Origin: Methanobacteriota archaeon
GTDB lineage: Archaea > Thermoplasmatota > E2 > JACPAO01
Assembly (NCBI GenBank): GCA_016180755.1
Contig: JACPAO010000072.1
Location: 1 to 50,034 of the forward strand
Reading direction: 5' to 3'
DNA length: 50,034 nucleotides
Position 1 is the stretch's first letter. Each line of letters begins with the position of its first letter. The notes beneath the pieces were generated by a model. That model had not been told where the DNA came from, made no database searches, and was given only the letters and a program-made list of their open reading frames with translations. A program made the translations under genes and the position numbers. This document shows, in pieces, positions 49,803-50,034 of the stretch.

Positions 49803-50034
49803 TTACACCCCCAGCACGTGGACGGCGCAGGAGGCCCCGCTGCCGCCGACGTTGTGGCAGAGGCCCACGTTCGCACCTTCGACCTGCCTGCTCCCCGCCG
49901 AACGGCGAAGCTGATGGAACATCTCGTAAGCCTGCGCGGCACCCGTCGCCCCAAGGGGGTGGCCTTTGGACTTGAGGCCTCCGGAAGGATTGATCGGCGT
50001 CTTCCCGTCACGCGCCGTCGCGCCGCTCGCCGCG
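49803..50034 (-). CDS. Acetyl-CoA acetyltransferase (thiolase), C-terminal end only; the gene continues beyond the window
   Basis: The reverse translation reads '...[64 protein letters not shown]', a canonical thiolase C-terminus. The TAA stop at 49805-49803 lies 1 nt from the next ATG. Confidence 0.85.
   Translation of the reverse strand, partial: AASGATARDGKTPINPSGGLKSKGHPLGATGAAQAYEMFHQLRRSAGSRQVEGANVGLCHNVGGSGASCAVHVLGV

Noticed and set aside
1-50034. CRISPR arrays, rRNA genes, a reverse transcriptase (retron or DGR), and transposase/IS elements
   Set aside because: I found no regularly spaced short repeats, no rRNA-like conserved blocks, no YxDD-type reverse transcriptase ORF and no DDE or IS terminal inverted repeats. 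The only recombinase seen is the tyrosine integrase at 5709-6551.

Overview
All calls below come from reading the six-frame translations and the DNA by eye. No database search or folding program was run. The window is a high-GC, archaeal-type chromosome segment. Supporting features are an archaeal-type ProRS, a DUF2240-like protein, a thiolase/DUF35 pair, many lipobox ([AG]GC) and PGF-CTERM-like signals, TATA-like boxes about 25 nt upstream of start codons, and a tRNA without encoded CCA.

Three sectors stand out.

(1) 1-6697 is the right-hand part of a lower-GC integrated element. It carries a 5'-open helicase-like giant ORF, a translationally coupled membrane/soluble gene pair, further membrane proteins, an AbrB-fold protein and a tyrosine recombinase. 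It ends at a 5'-truncated tRNA-Leu(CAG) copy. Its cargo has no assignable function and is the best place here to look for an undescribed element-borne system, but I cannot name one.

(2) 27.2-30.1 kb is a variable patch next to tRNA-Gly(GCC). It holds a histidine-kinase remnant and a RelE/ParE-like toxin-antitoxin pair. A roughly 100-nt direct repeat, made of the tRNA-Gly upstream region plus the 5' end of the tRNA, brackets a single 7TM gene.

(3) The core is unusually rich in secreted and lipoprotein genes.
- An expanded family with a carboxypeptidase-regulatory-like domain and a Cys-rich domain is present, including three tandem copies at 38.4-41.6 kb. The middle copy is frameshifted and internally deleted.
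- A 769-aa ORF has a PGF-CTERM-like helix and a lipobox signal peptide fused back to back in its middle.

Other notable items:
- a RES-Xre toxin-antitoxin pair with a palindromic operator
- a ThiI-like protein that has lost its PP-loop
- a DUF35 protein fused to a catalytically dead HMG-CoA-synthase-like N-terminal half, next to a thiolase

Housekeeping genes include panE, a phosphohexomutase plus an NDP-sugar pyrophosphorylase, an M24 peptidase, proS, a SpoU/TrmJ-like methyltransferase, asparaginase II and two chrA copies. No rRNA genes and no CRISPR array are visible. Many long R/G/P/A-rich ORFs in the track are off-frame artefacts of the high GC content and were discarded.
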